From contig NC_087447.1 of the NCBI RefSeq assembly GCF_036321535.1, positions 36,272,001 to 36,336,000 of the forward strand: a DNA stretch of 64,000 nt, in the 5' to 3' direction. The position numbers were made by a program, and so were the translations under genes. Of this stretch, positions 39,331 through 51,170 are shown in pieces. The stretch comes from Camelus dromedarius. Its lineage: Eukaryota. Position 1 is the stretch's first letter. Every line of letters starts with the position of its first letter. Below the pieces are notes generated by a model that had not been told where the DNA came from, searched no databases, and saw nothing but the letters and a program-made list of their open reading frames with translations.

Positions 39331-42125
39331 TTTAGATTCTGGCTGAATGCCAGACAAAAGACAGGGTTTTTTTTTTTACTTACGTCTGTTCAGCAAATAT
39401 TTATTGTGCTCTGTTGTTGTGCTTGGCTGGATATAGATGCATATAGATGCTGGGGACACACCAATGAAAAGGACAGAGTCCTTGCCTTTGTCTGCATCGG
39501 CATGGAGGTTATTAGGGGATAAGAAGAGAACAGGAAAGAGCTGTCTTCTCCTCTACCATTTCGATTTTGTGCTTTGTGTATCTCTCACATCTCTCTCCTT
39601 TCCACTGCTGCTGTCGCCCTTCCATCTTGGCTGCCGTCATCCTTCCGCTAGATAACTAGCTCACTGCTGGACCCGCGCCGAGCACGTAGTAAGCACCCTG
39701 GGCGCTGGCCGTCCCTGCTTCAGCCTGCAAACTCCTCTGCAGCCGCTAGTATCCTTCACACTGTTCCTACATTGCACACCTGCTTAGGTTGTACACCCAC
39801 CATCCACCCTTCAGTGGCTCTCCACTGCCTTCAGGATAAAGCCCAGTCTTGGCTTGGAAGTCCCAGCTTATCTCTCCAGCCACATTTTAAGCTCCCTGCC
39901 TTTCCAACTTCCATCTTATACCTTCCCTCTAGCCATATACAGTTGCCTAAAGGTCCAGGACATTTCTTTCCCCCTAGGTCTTTGCTTAAGCTTCAATCAC
40001 AACCTGGAATACCTTCCCCCAACTCCAGGAAGCCTTCCCTGAGCCCTCTGGACAGGTTGGGTCCCTTTCTTCTGAACATCCATGGAGCTGGTATCACTGC
40101 ACTGTAAATGCTTGGTTACGCATGCAGAGCTCTCTCCAGGAAAACTAGTCATTAGCCAGTTCTGCCTGAGTGGATGCAGGTAGTCCCATTCTGCAAACAG
40201 ATCACGTGGTGCAGTCATTTGTCATAGGAGTCATGGTCAGTGACGATCCTGCTTCCCAAGTTAAGGTAGGTTCAGGCTTATTTGTATTTCATGGTTAGTC
40301 CCCTATAAGTTAGTGATTTTGGGGGAGGGCAGAGAATAGTGTTTTAAAGTTTCCAGAAGGCTCACTCAGTGAACTACCTTAGGTAACTCAAATAAATGCC
40401 TATCCTAGAACTCGCTGTGACTGGGCAGGGAGTGTCAGAGATCTTACCGGGTCTTTGTCCAAGGGAACTTTTCCAAGAATTTCTGCTGATACACAGCAAG
40501 GCAGGCACAAGTCCCATTTCATGCTCCTCTTTCTGCCACATCTCCACCTTGCTGAAGGAGGAATCCCTCCTGGGACAGATTGTGACTGCTTATACATGTC
40601 GGGAAGCAAGTCAGGTTTTCTCTGGCTACTGTAGGGACCCTTAGCTGCAGGCCAGGTTCGCCTGGACTCCCTTGGCACCAGGCTGGGTGGATTCAGATAT
40701 GTGAATGTCAGAAGCAGGCCCATATTTAATGTCCTTCTTGGACCTGGATGTTAGGGGTGTGAGAGGGGAAGTAGACACTGACGGTTCATCTGGGAGGTTT
40801 CATCCATGACCATTGGTGATTTTGGAAACAAGTCATTTTCCAGATTCTATTTGGTTCTCTCATTTTGCCTTCTCTGACTGTTCCTTGCATGGCACCTGCC
40901 TTTCATTCTGGATCCAGATTATCATGCCAGTGATCTGTATCCTCATACTCATTTCTGGGTAGACCTTGGGAGCATTGTACAGAGAAGCTTGGACTCGGAG
41001 TCGGACAGATGTGGGTGTAAATCCTGGCTCCAGCTTTTCATTCATTCAACAAATATTTATTGGACACCTGCTGTGTGCCAGGCACTGTTCCTGGGGGTGC
41101 GGCAGTGTACAAAATAAAATCCTTGCTCTTATGGAGTTTATATTCTGCAAGAAGGAGACAGACGATAAACTAGTGTGTAAAGTAAACAATACAAGGTAAT
41201 GGTAAGTGCTGTGAAGAATCTGTGACCAGACATGGAAATCTAGGAAAGTTACCTCGTTTCTCAGAGCTCTACTAGCTACTCCTGTAAAACAGAGACTCTA
41301 TTCCTATGTCTCAAGGCTGTTGGAATTAAAAGGTTAAAGTCACAGAAGTAAGCAAGAGGCACCCTGTAAATCTTCCTCTTTCCACATTACCTTCCCGTGC
41401 AGATTTGATGAGCTCTTTCCTTGCAAATGTAAACGACACAAGGGGAGAACTGGTGCTGCCTCTCGTTCGCAGTCCGTCCCAGTTGTTTTTCAGGGGTCAT
41501 TCCCAGGGCGCATGGAACATGTGAAAGCACCTTGAGGCTTCCTAGTGCATAGCAGGTGTGCCAGGATCTCCGTCAAGTGTTAGACCCATTCAGGTGAGCT
41601 TTGTGGTGCTGCTTTGGAGAGACGGAAGAGCAGCGTCCCTGATGGGCACGCATCACGTTTCAAGCCCAGGTAGGGAAGACAGTGAATATCTGCACCAGGT
41701 CGCCTGCTCTTGCTGCTGATTTTTGAATCAATTCCAGCCATCAGGTGCTTCAGAAGAACCGAAACAGGGATTCCCGAGAGTCTGCCTCTATGGAAGGAAG
41801 GCCTTTTTAAAAAAATCTCTTTCTCACGTAAGCCTTGAATTGACTGTGTGCCCCTCCCTAAATGGGAGTGAAATAATAGGGAACAGGTACAGCTGCAGGG
41901 CTTCTGCTGTGGGGAACAGACACAGCCGTTCCTGGGCCTGCCTGGCTGCACTAAGAAAGGGGAGCCCAGCCCATGACGTTTTCCAGGTGTGGAAACAAGC
42001 CGGGTGGTGCGTGGGGTTTCCCTCTGGAAGAGGGCAGAACCTGGCCAGGGTGGTCCTGGTTTTTGCTCTTGGGAGTGAAGCGTGTGCTAACCTCTGCGAC
42101 CTGGGTTTCTGTCTCCTGCTCACAG

Positions 42126-42301
42126 GCTGTGCACACGGGCATGCGAGCGCTCATCTATAACAGCTCCGCTGGGGGCTCTCAGGCCGAGCAGTCGGGCATG
42201 AGGACCTACTACTTCAGCGCCGACACCCAGGAGGACATGAACGCTTGGGTCAGGGCTATGAACCAGGCTGCACAGGTGCTGTCTCGGTCATCACTGAAGA
42301 G
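42126..42301 (+). CDS. PLEKHA7: PLEKHA7 coding exon (~exon 9), end of PH domain: AVHTGMRALIYNSSAGGSQAEQSGMRTYYFSADTQEDMNAWVRAMNQAAQVLSRSSLK(R)
   Basis: Acceptor tctcctgctcacAG, donor AG|GTCAGT; 176 nt, phase 0-2; PH C-terminal helix with the invariant Trp (MNAWVRAM). Confidence 0.97.
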
Positions 42302-43949
42302 GTCAGTCCCCGTGGAGGGTCCCTGCCAGAGCACCTCCTACACAGGAGGGGGACCCAAATAAGAACTCTTGGTTGGGTGCCCAAAATTCCACCGTTCACT
42401 CACACATACTAAGCATTACCCTCTCATGGAAGTCCTTTTTAATGATGAATTCTTCTGGGAGGAGGATGCATACATGGCCAGCACATGCTGCAGGCAGAGC
42501 TGGGAGGTACCCTGGAAATGATGTAGTCCACTGTCCTCACTGAACAGAGAAACAGGGGGTGCTGGGGGTGGGGGGAGATTCTCGGATACTCAGCATTAGA
42601 ACCTGGTTGTGTGTTTCTCAGGTTTTCTTCTCTTGTGTGTGGTGGAAGTGACAACCTTGGGGCACAAGACTGGGGAGGAGGGAGCGGATGGGCAAGAACG
42701 GTCTTGCAAACTAGAAATGGGCCACCAACCGCCCACCTTGTTGTTGAGAGCTGACCTGGGAGTTGTCTTCCTGCTGCCCCTTCCCTCAAGCGGGCCAGTC
42801 AATGGTACCATCAGGGATCTTGAAGTTTCGGAGTCTACTGGCCATGCGTGATTCCCAGAGAGAAAGCGGAGGAGGAACATGAGTGGAGTAGGGCTCGGAG
42901 AGCGTAGGGTAGCCCTGGAAAAGCCAGGGTGCCGTTAGCCAGTCCTCATCTGACGTGAGCCCCGTTCTTCACTGTCCGGACACCTTGCTCTGCCTAGAGG
43001 CCTCTTTGACAAAAGTCTGTTAGTGATTCCTCAAAACAAAAGAGTAGCATTCTTCAGCAACCTAAAGGCAGGATTTTTCAGTGACTGCAAATGGATATCA
43101 TGTGGTGTTTTCATCTTGTCCACCTTTTCCAACTCGTGTATGTGATTTTTGGTATTAGTGGTACTTCCTAGCTTCATGCCCTCTTTCTTGAGGCGAACAG
43201 ACCTTTAATATAGAGAGTGATCCCTTCAAGAGGCCAGGTGGGGGGCAAGCACCACCCTTGGAGCTTCCTTAACCCCACGGCTAAGGAAGCACCTGTTACA
43301 CTGTTTTTCTTCCCCCTTCTGTCTACTTTTCAGTATCCTAGGCTTCAGGGCAAGGATCGTCTTTGTATCTTCTGCACGCCTGACACATAGTAGGCCTTCA
43401 TGTGTCTGTTCAATGAGTGAGAGCTTGGAAGATTGAATTAACATGTTGGGTAGGACAGGACCAAAGACTGTCCTGGAAGTTTTCAGTGGGCCCTGAATCA
43501 GTAACTAAACCAGGTATTCAGTCAGTTTGCCTCTACCTCCTAGCATCGTCATCCAGTCTGAATTTTTGTTGTGTCCATGATGACGATACGAAAGGCTGTG
43601 CTCTTTGCCTGCGGGCAGTCTGTTCAGAGGGACACTGGCATGTCCATCATCCTACCGGGAGAAGGAAACTTGCCACGTCTTCCTCCTAGTGCACGTGCTG
43701 GTCCCTCAAGCTCACTGTTTCCTAGTCTTTGTTTTTCATTCTTTAAAAAATTGTATACATTTAGTGATATAATAAGTGAAGACGTTCTTCTTATAAAAAG
43801 TGCAAAAAGTAGAGACAGAAATATCCTTACTAACCTTCTTAGGGTTTCCTTTATTGCTAGGTTAATAGAGATCCTTTTAAACTATTTTCTGTTCATTTAT
43901 GTGCATATGTGTGCTTATAGAAATATAAAGGATTACTTTTGTTTTTTTT

Positions 43950-44097
43950 AACTTTTTTTAATTGAGTTATAGTCATTTTACAATGTTGTGTCAAATTCCA
44001 GTGTAGAGCACAATTTTTCATACATATATTCATTGTCACATTTTTTTTCACTGTGAGCTACCACAAGATCTTGTATATATTTCCCTGTGCTATACTG
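43950..44097 (-). mobile_element. 5'-truncated young L1 3' end nested in an older L1M relic (~43720-44660)
   Basis: attgagttatagtcattttacaatg...gtgtagagcacaatttttca shared with the 35062 copy; degenerate TSD tataa(a/g)g..tta.ttttgtttt on both sides. Confidence 0.8.
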
Positions 44098-45201
44098 TAT
44101 AAGGGTTATTTTGTTTTTTTTTAATAGCATGAATGATATTGATCTTGAAAACCGTCCTGTATCAGTATATATGGGCTGATATTATTTTTGACTGTTGTAT
44201 GGTATTTTGTAGTGTAGATGTACCGTAATATATTTAAGCATGTGCCACACCTTAGATAGTTTATTTTGTTGTCCTTTTTTACTGTTATAAATAGTCATAT
44301 AATGAAAAACCTTCTATAAACCTCTGCATGTGTGAGGCTTTCAGATTGCTGGGTCAATATACAGTGCATTATTAATTTTAATCAATACCACCAAACCGCC
44401 CTTTAAAGAAAGTTGTATATTTCACTGGTGAGTGTACTCATTTCCCCACATCTTTGCCAAAAGTTGATATTATCAGTCTTTTTCATTTTTTGCTGAGCTG
44501 CTGTGTAGATGGATGGTATCTGGTTATTTTAATGTGTATTTCTGAGGCGAAGGGAACCTTTTCTATTTATTGGCTGCTTGTATTTTCTCTTCAGTGAATT
44601 ACTGGTACCTATTCTCTGCCCATTTTTCTATTGAGTTGCTTACTTTTCCTCGGTGCTTCCTTTACTACATGTGCTGAAATCTGCCCACTTAGGAATGCAG
44701 CTTAGCCTCTTGCAGAGGTTGGTGGTGGGTTCTCCGGCTCACCAGTCCTGTGACTTAAGAGAATCTGTTTTTCCCTTCCTTTGAAAATGAGGATGCTGTT
44801 TGTCAGTCTGTAGTATTCCGGCATTTTCTCTGTCCTCTTGGATTCCTCAGAGATCAACTGGGAGGTTTCTTGAGCCCATCTCCAGGGTCCCTTAGGGCCC
44901 TGGGGTGCTGACAGCTGGGCCTTTCCCATCTTCCTCCCCATCTTGGACTTTCAGTCTCTCTTAACCAAGGTTGTTCTCCTGTTCATGGTGAAGGCCAGTC
45001 ATCTTGATGAAGATATGGAACTAAATCCAGAAGTTAAAGAATTTGTGCTATGTCATCTTCCCAAGCAGAGATGCCTATGTCTCGAAATTTTTTTTTTAAA
45101 GCTCTCCCCTCCTTTGTTTTAATTCTTAGAAAATAGAAAGTTTTGGTTTGTTCTGCTTTGATGTAAATAAACAAACCTCAGTTGCTTCTAGACTTCACCC
45201 T

Positions 45202-45267
45202 GTTTTTTTTTGTTGGGGGGGTGGGTTAGGTTGGTTTGTTTGTTTGTTTGTTTGTTTGTTTGTTTGT

Positions 45268-45322
<55 letters not shown>

Positions 45323-45400
45323 TAGAGGAGGTAGTGGGGATTGAACCCAGAACCTCATGAACACTAGGCATGCACTTTACCATGAGCTATATCCTTCCCC
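45202..45400 (-). mobile_element. tRNA-derived SINE, Vic-1-like, with tail expanded into a microsatellite
   Basis: Reverse-complement head (gggattgaaccc...gagctatatccttcccc); TSD ctagactt(c/t)accct at 45188-45201 and 45401-45414. Confidence 0.88.
45234..45321. repeat. Compound microsatellite (GTTT)9(ATTT)13
   Basis: Read directly from the sequence. Confidence 0.95.
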
Positions 45401-46309
45401 CTAGACTTTACCCTTTTTGCCATCGTTCATGTGGGCCCATTCCACTGGATTTGTGCTTGATTTTTGCCCCACACGCACTTCTTGTGTCCTTTTATACCGA
45501 GAGTTCTGAGAGCTCCCTGTGTTGTTACACTGGTTTCTTCCGACCAGCAGTGGCAATGGCTTCACTCTTGAGCCCCAGCTTTGCTCAGTTCATCATGCCT
45601 GACAAGTGCACTGGGTCGAAGATAGCTGGAGTATGAGATCAGGCTTAACAGGAAAAAGTGCTCTAATTTATAAGTGGTGTCTACCTTGCACAATTCAGGA
45701 TGAACTTGCTAGCCGAGGTTAGGGTTTAAAATTTTTTTTTACTTCTTCCTACCTGCAGATTTTGTAATTATCAGATCTTGGTTTTAGAGGGACTCCCTCT
45801 CTCTTATCCATTGGGCTGCCTTCCCTTTTAGGATCTCAGGCCATTGTATTGTCACTAGCTTTTTTCTGAACTTTTAAGATGTATTCTTACTATGCTCTTA
45901 ATAATCTCTTAAAATCCTATAATCATCTTTGCCAAAGATCCTTCTTTAAAAAAAAACCAAACAAAAAAACCCAACTTGTTCTACCTTCTGACTCAGACTA
46001 AAAGCAGAATAGCATTTCCCTTTTACTTTTTGAGAGATGAAATTATCAACCAAGAAAATTTAGACTTATTAAATGTTCTATTTTTCCGGAATAAGATGTT
46101 CAGACATTTGGTTAGTTAGAATTATTCATCAGGCAGGACTGCACCTTGCCTCTCCTCCGTGTTTGAGATCTGCACTGGAAAACCTCCATCTCTGTTACAT
46201 GGGTGCTCCCCCCCCGCCCATCAACAGTAGCTTTTTGTTCCATCCCTCCCTGATTCTCAACCCAAATCTTCCATCTTTATTCTTACAGACAGATGCCTTC
46301 TTTATGGAT

Positions 46310-46885
46310 GTGTATATTAGGATTTCTGATTGTAGGTAACAGAAAATGAAGACAAATTTACCTTAAAGGGTAGGGGGTACTTAATGATTCATGCCACTGA
46401 AAAATTCAGGATAGATCTAGCTTTAGAAATAGCTAGGTTCAAGGTGAAGGCAGTATCATCACATGTCATTCTCTCAGGCTCTGGACTCTGCCCACCTGGG
46501 CTGGATTCCTTCTTGAACTCCATGTGGGGGTCCCTGGCAGATCTAGGATCTAGTGGCAAGATAGGTACAGTAGCCCTAGACTCACATCATCCAAGTTCAA
46601 GTCCAGCAAGAAAAAGCCAAAGTCTTGTCCAGAAGCTCTGAGATCTATTCTGATCAGACAGGCTCAGGGCCCATTTGTACCTTACATCACATGCCAGGGG
46701 ATGCATGTGCTGATTGACACAGGCTTGGGATACCTGCTTCCCTTCTGAGAACCAGACCATGGGGACTGAGAGTGAGGTAGGGTAGATTCCCAAGTAACAT
46801 TAGGGCTGTGGGCAGAGAAAGGAGAAGTGACTTGGTGGGATGTGGTAAAGGGGGTGCAGACAACCAATGTCCAGGACACTTCCTG
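46310..46885 (-). mobile_element. Old MLT1(J-like) LTR relic
   Basis: tattaggatttctgattgtaggtaacagaaa...gattcatgccactgaaaaattcagg. Confidence 0.55.
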
Positions 46886-47999
46886 CTGTATCGACTTATT
46901 TTGCCTTAAGCATCTCCTCCCAGAGTTTAGTTTCTGAAGTCAGATGGACCTGGGTTCATGTCCCAGCTCTACTGCTTTCTGACTGTGTCATTGTGCAATC
47001 TAGGTATGCTTTTTAAACCTCAGTTTAGGTTCACAGGGTTGTTGCAAAGATTAAATTAAATGGATGTTCAAAGTGCTTACTTATCATGCTTGAGACATAG
47101 TAGGCACTCCATGTCAGGTATGCTAGCTTCCATAGGGTTTGGTTTAACAATGTCATTCGCCCTTTTTTCTTTACACTCTTCCAGTCTCATCGTTAATCCC
47201 CTGGGTTACATTGATGGTGAATCTCCCGCGAGCACATTAGACTGTCTCCCTTGCTGGGGTGTGCCCATCACCTAGCAGTGTGCGTGTGGCTCCACAGCCC
47301 AGGCTCTCTGCAGCCCCGGCCCCTGGCCTGCTCCTTGCTCCTCCCCTCCAGCTCTTCCTGCATCACTCCTCTGACCCCAGAGGGAGCCGAGCACCCTCGC
47401 TGCACCTCCTCCCTCCATCCTCTTGCTTCCTACACAGGCTTCAGGTTCCCTCAATAGACACATGCTCTTGAGACCGCACCCCACACTGTGAGGGGCACCA
47501 AGCACCCCTGCCAGAGCCCTGGGTTGGATTCGTTCTTGAATCCCTGTTTCCACATTCTTCCACTTGCCGGACTTGAGAGTCTGGGTTTTGATTCTCTACA
47601 GCCTCCTTGAAATCTGTCTTCCAAGTTCCCCCCATTGAACCGCTTTTCTTTCTCTTGTCTAAGGATGTCTTGTCCTCCCGAACAAGCTAAAGCACTGAGC
47701 ACGGAGGTCAGCTTGTTGTTACAGCTCACAAAACTGACAAGCAGTTCAGATAGGAGGCCTGTCGGAAGACCACTTATCTCTTTTTTTCAGTTTCCAAACC
47801 TCTCTGGTCTCTGGCATCACACAGTTCTGTCATGGGGCTGAAGGAATTTATAGTCTAGTCACCTTTGCAGTAAAATCCAATCTCCTTAGTAGGGCTTTTG
47901 ATCCCTGTTTGGGTTTGGCTCCTGCAGGTGCCTTTGGCTCACGTCTTGTCTTCCCCATCCTGTCTGCCCCAGCCATGCTCAAATTATTGAATTGGGTGC

Positions 48000-48540
48000 A
48001 TTTGTCTGTGCATTCATCCATTTAGTCTTTTATTCTACAGATACTTACTGAGGGCGTATTGTGCATTAGACACCGTTAAATATACTGAGAAGTAAAGCAG
48101 TCTTCAAGAGAGAGGCAAAGTTCCATGCATTCTTGAGTGAAGGTAGGAGAGACAGGCTGTAAATAGGCAAACAAATCAACAAGATGGTTTTCTTTTCTGA
48201 TCAGTGCATGAAGTGATCATATGGAGTGATGGGGCGAGAAGGCACTAGGGGGCCAGGAGTAGCCGCTTTTGTTTGGGTGGTCAGGAGAGGCCTCTGTATG
48301 GGGAAGATGTGCAGGTGAGGCCTGATTGATACGAGAAAGTTGCATATGTAAAGCTTTGAAGAAAAGCATTCTGGGCAAAAGGAATGGCACTTACAAACAC
48401 CCTGAGGCAAGAATAAGCTTGGTTAGTTCAGGAAACAGAAAGCTGGGGAGTTGTGGCTGCATTTAAGTTAGCAATGGGCGGAAAAGACTGTGACGAGCTC
48501 TGGAAGGTGGATAGAGGTCCATCTTATGAGGCCCAGGATC
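48000..48540 (-). mobile_element. L2 LINE relic
   Basis: cattcatccat...atacttactgagggcgtattgtgc...ggtggtcaggagaggcctct. Confidence 0.6.
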
Positions 48541-50744
48541 CCTTATTAGGACAACTTCAACACATCCTTCATTCTTAGCCTCCATGTTATTTCTTCCTTC
48601 TTTGACCTTCCGTGTGTTAAGATGCCCCTGATTGAAGCACTCTGTCGTTCCTTATGCAGAGAACTTTTATGCTGAAGTTGTGTTGACACATTGTCACCTC
48701 TGCTAGACGGTAAGTTCCTTGAAGCTGAGCATAGTGCCTGGCACATAGGAAATGCTCAGTTAATGAATGGGTGCTTAGATGTTTGGCTGGCTGGGCAGAT
48801 GGGTGGTTGGATGGATGAACAGAACTTCTACTTCTAAGATGTTTGGAAAAGGACTCAGAATGTCTGAGAGCAATCCAAGCACTGTAGTGGGATTGATGTG
48901 TAGGAATCAGCCTGCTCTGAAGTGGCTCACACGTTTCTGGCTCTCTGCACTCTCTTCAGAGAACAAAATCTTTGGTCTTCCAAACCTTGATCACTTTAGT
49001 TAAAGTGTGGCAGGACAACACCTGAGGTTGGACAAGCCCCTTGGACCCTTGACAGAAGCCATTTATAGACATGTTTGCAGCCCAGGTGCAGAGCTTTGGA
49101 GTTGGACCAGATGGAATTTGAGCCCTGCTTCTGTCACTGCTTGCATGACCCAGGGCAAATTGATTAACCTCTCTGAGCTTCACTTTCATTACCTATGATG
49201 AAAGAATAATATCTCTAGCTTTGTGCGATGATAAGAAGAGGTAATATATTTAAAGTGCTTAGCTCGGGGTTTTGCAGTTGGTTAAGTGCTCAGCGATGGC
49301 TGTTGCTGCCAGAGTCCCTGTCCTTCAGGAGGGGCAAATTATTGTAAGTAATCTGGTACACGTGTGACTGCCCTCAGCCTCCCTGGGCTTCACAGTACTG
49401 ACCTTGCAAGATTGTAGGGAATAGGTCTATGTCAAGGTCCTGGCACACAGTAGGACCCAGCATACAGTGACCAGGCATTGGCCACAAAAAGTGAATGACC
49501 CAGACTGTACCTGCCACAGGGAGATGGAAACTGAGTGAACTCGGCACGTGCCAGGACTCCAGACTGGCTCAGGTTGGGCTGTGACCATTGCGTGTGACGT
49601 ACCCAGGTGGAAGGAAGAGGGGAGGATTCTCCAGGCAGGAATGGACAGGGTGAGGAGGCCTGGCAGCCATTACACATCTTTCCTTGCTGCTTTGTCTGGT
49701 TTGTCAGCTCCTTAACACTTCACAAGGGACTTTTCCAGTAGCCGCTTTGTGTGCTGAGGCGAGCGACAGCCTCAGCTTGGCTGTCTGGTGTTTCATGAAT
49801 CCCTCAGCCTCACTCCTCCCTGGAGGAGGGCAGCCTGGAGAATTAGGGAGTGTGTGGCCAGAGATGGTAGGCCCCCTGTTGTTAATTTAGAGCAGGGCAT
49901 GAACAGTAGCTGGATGTCTTCCCCTGTCCCAGGGGGACTGCCCTATTTAAGTCTGGGAAAAGAAGAAACCAGCCCCTGTCCCCATGTCTCTCCAGCCATT
50001 TCCTTCCTCAAATCTAGGAATTAATTTAAGTGAGCAGGCCTATCTTAGAACTCTCTAGAAGCTTTGTGCCTATTCCCATCAACATTTTGTACAAGTGTGT
50101 GGACTGTGTCCGGGGTGGGTTCTGGCTTTCAAGCCTACTGTCCTCCTCAGACCAAGAGTCCGTGCTGAGGACTAGGCGTCTGTTAGCACAGGCTGAGCTG
50201 GTTTTCCAGGACGAGACTCCTGCCACCTGACCTGGCTCAGACCAAACTCTCCAAGGATCAGTGGCCTGACCCTTGTTCCTGGGTTATTTGAATGTGTGGT
50301 CATTTAGGTATGGTGAGTAGGGAGAGGTCTTCCAGTGGGCTTGAGACAGAGGGGCTGCGTGTGCCAACAGGACCAAGGTCCTAACAAGCCCCTACACGCT
50401 GCCGTTCCACTTCTCGCCCCAGCCTGAGTGAGGTTTCATGCGTGTGGGGTATGTGGGTGTGTTTAACATTAAGATGAAAGTAAATATTATTCCTTATTTC
50501 CTGGTGAGATAAAGGCTTTGGAGGCAGAATAAAATAATAATCAGTGGATAATTGCTTGGTATGTTCTGTTAACTTCCAAGCTCTTGTGAAGAACAGGAAT
50601 AAGGTAGAAGTGTCCTCAGTCTGAGATACATGCTCCTTCCACTGCGGGGGAAGGCAAGGATTTGCTCTAAGCAGGTACACAGCATTGCTGTGATGTGCTG
50701 AAAATGGAGGGGCCCGGTCCCTGCTAATGATAAGCTTCACCCTT

Positions 50745-51170
50745 TATATCAGTTAGGGTTTATGTTTGGTTGCTCAGAATAGAAGAACCCGACTTAGGAT
50801 GGCGAAATCAAATTGTGTTTTAGTTTTCTTACGAACAGGAATCCAGAGTTAGTTCTGGCTGGTATGGTAGCCCCGTGATACTATCGGGGACCGAACTCTC
50901 TCTCACCTTCTACCCAGGTTTTGGCAGGTGGCTTTTGTCCTCATTTTTGTCGCCTTGCGGTCCAGCATGTCTAAATTCCAGACAGGAAGAAGGGAAGGGT
51001 TAGCTAAGCCAGCTAAGCATGCCTTCTTTTAAAGACTTTCCTGAAAGACCCATCCAGCAATTTCTGCATTATGTCTTGTTATCCAGATTTATGTTACACC
51101 ATCACCCTCAGCTCCAAGGGAAGTTAGGAAGTGTGAGGTTTTTGTTAGGTTTATTGTTGCTTTGGAAAAA
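50745..51170 (-). mobile_element. Old MLT1-type LTR relic
   Basis: tatcagttagggtttatgtttggttgct...gctccaagggaagttaggaagtgtgag. Confidence 0.55.

Noticed and set aside
45148..45360. ORF with FVCL/FIYL repeats resembling a membrane peptide
   Set aside because: Simply the translation of the (GTTT)n(ATTT)n microsatellite.
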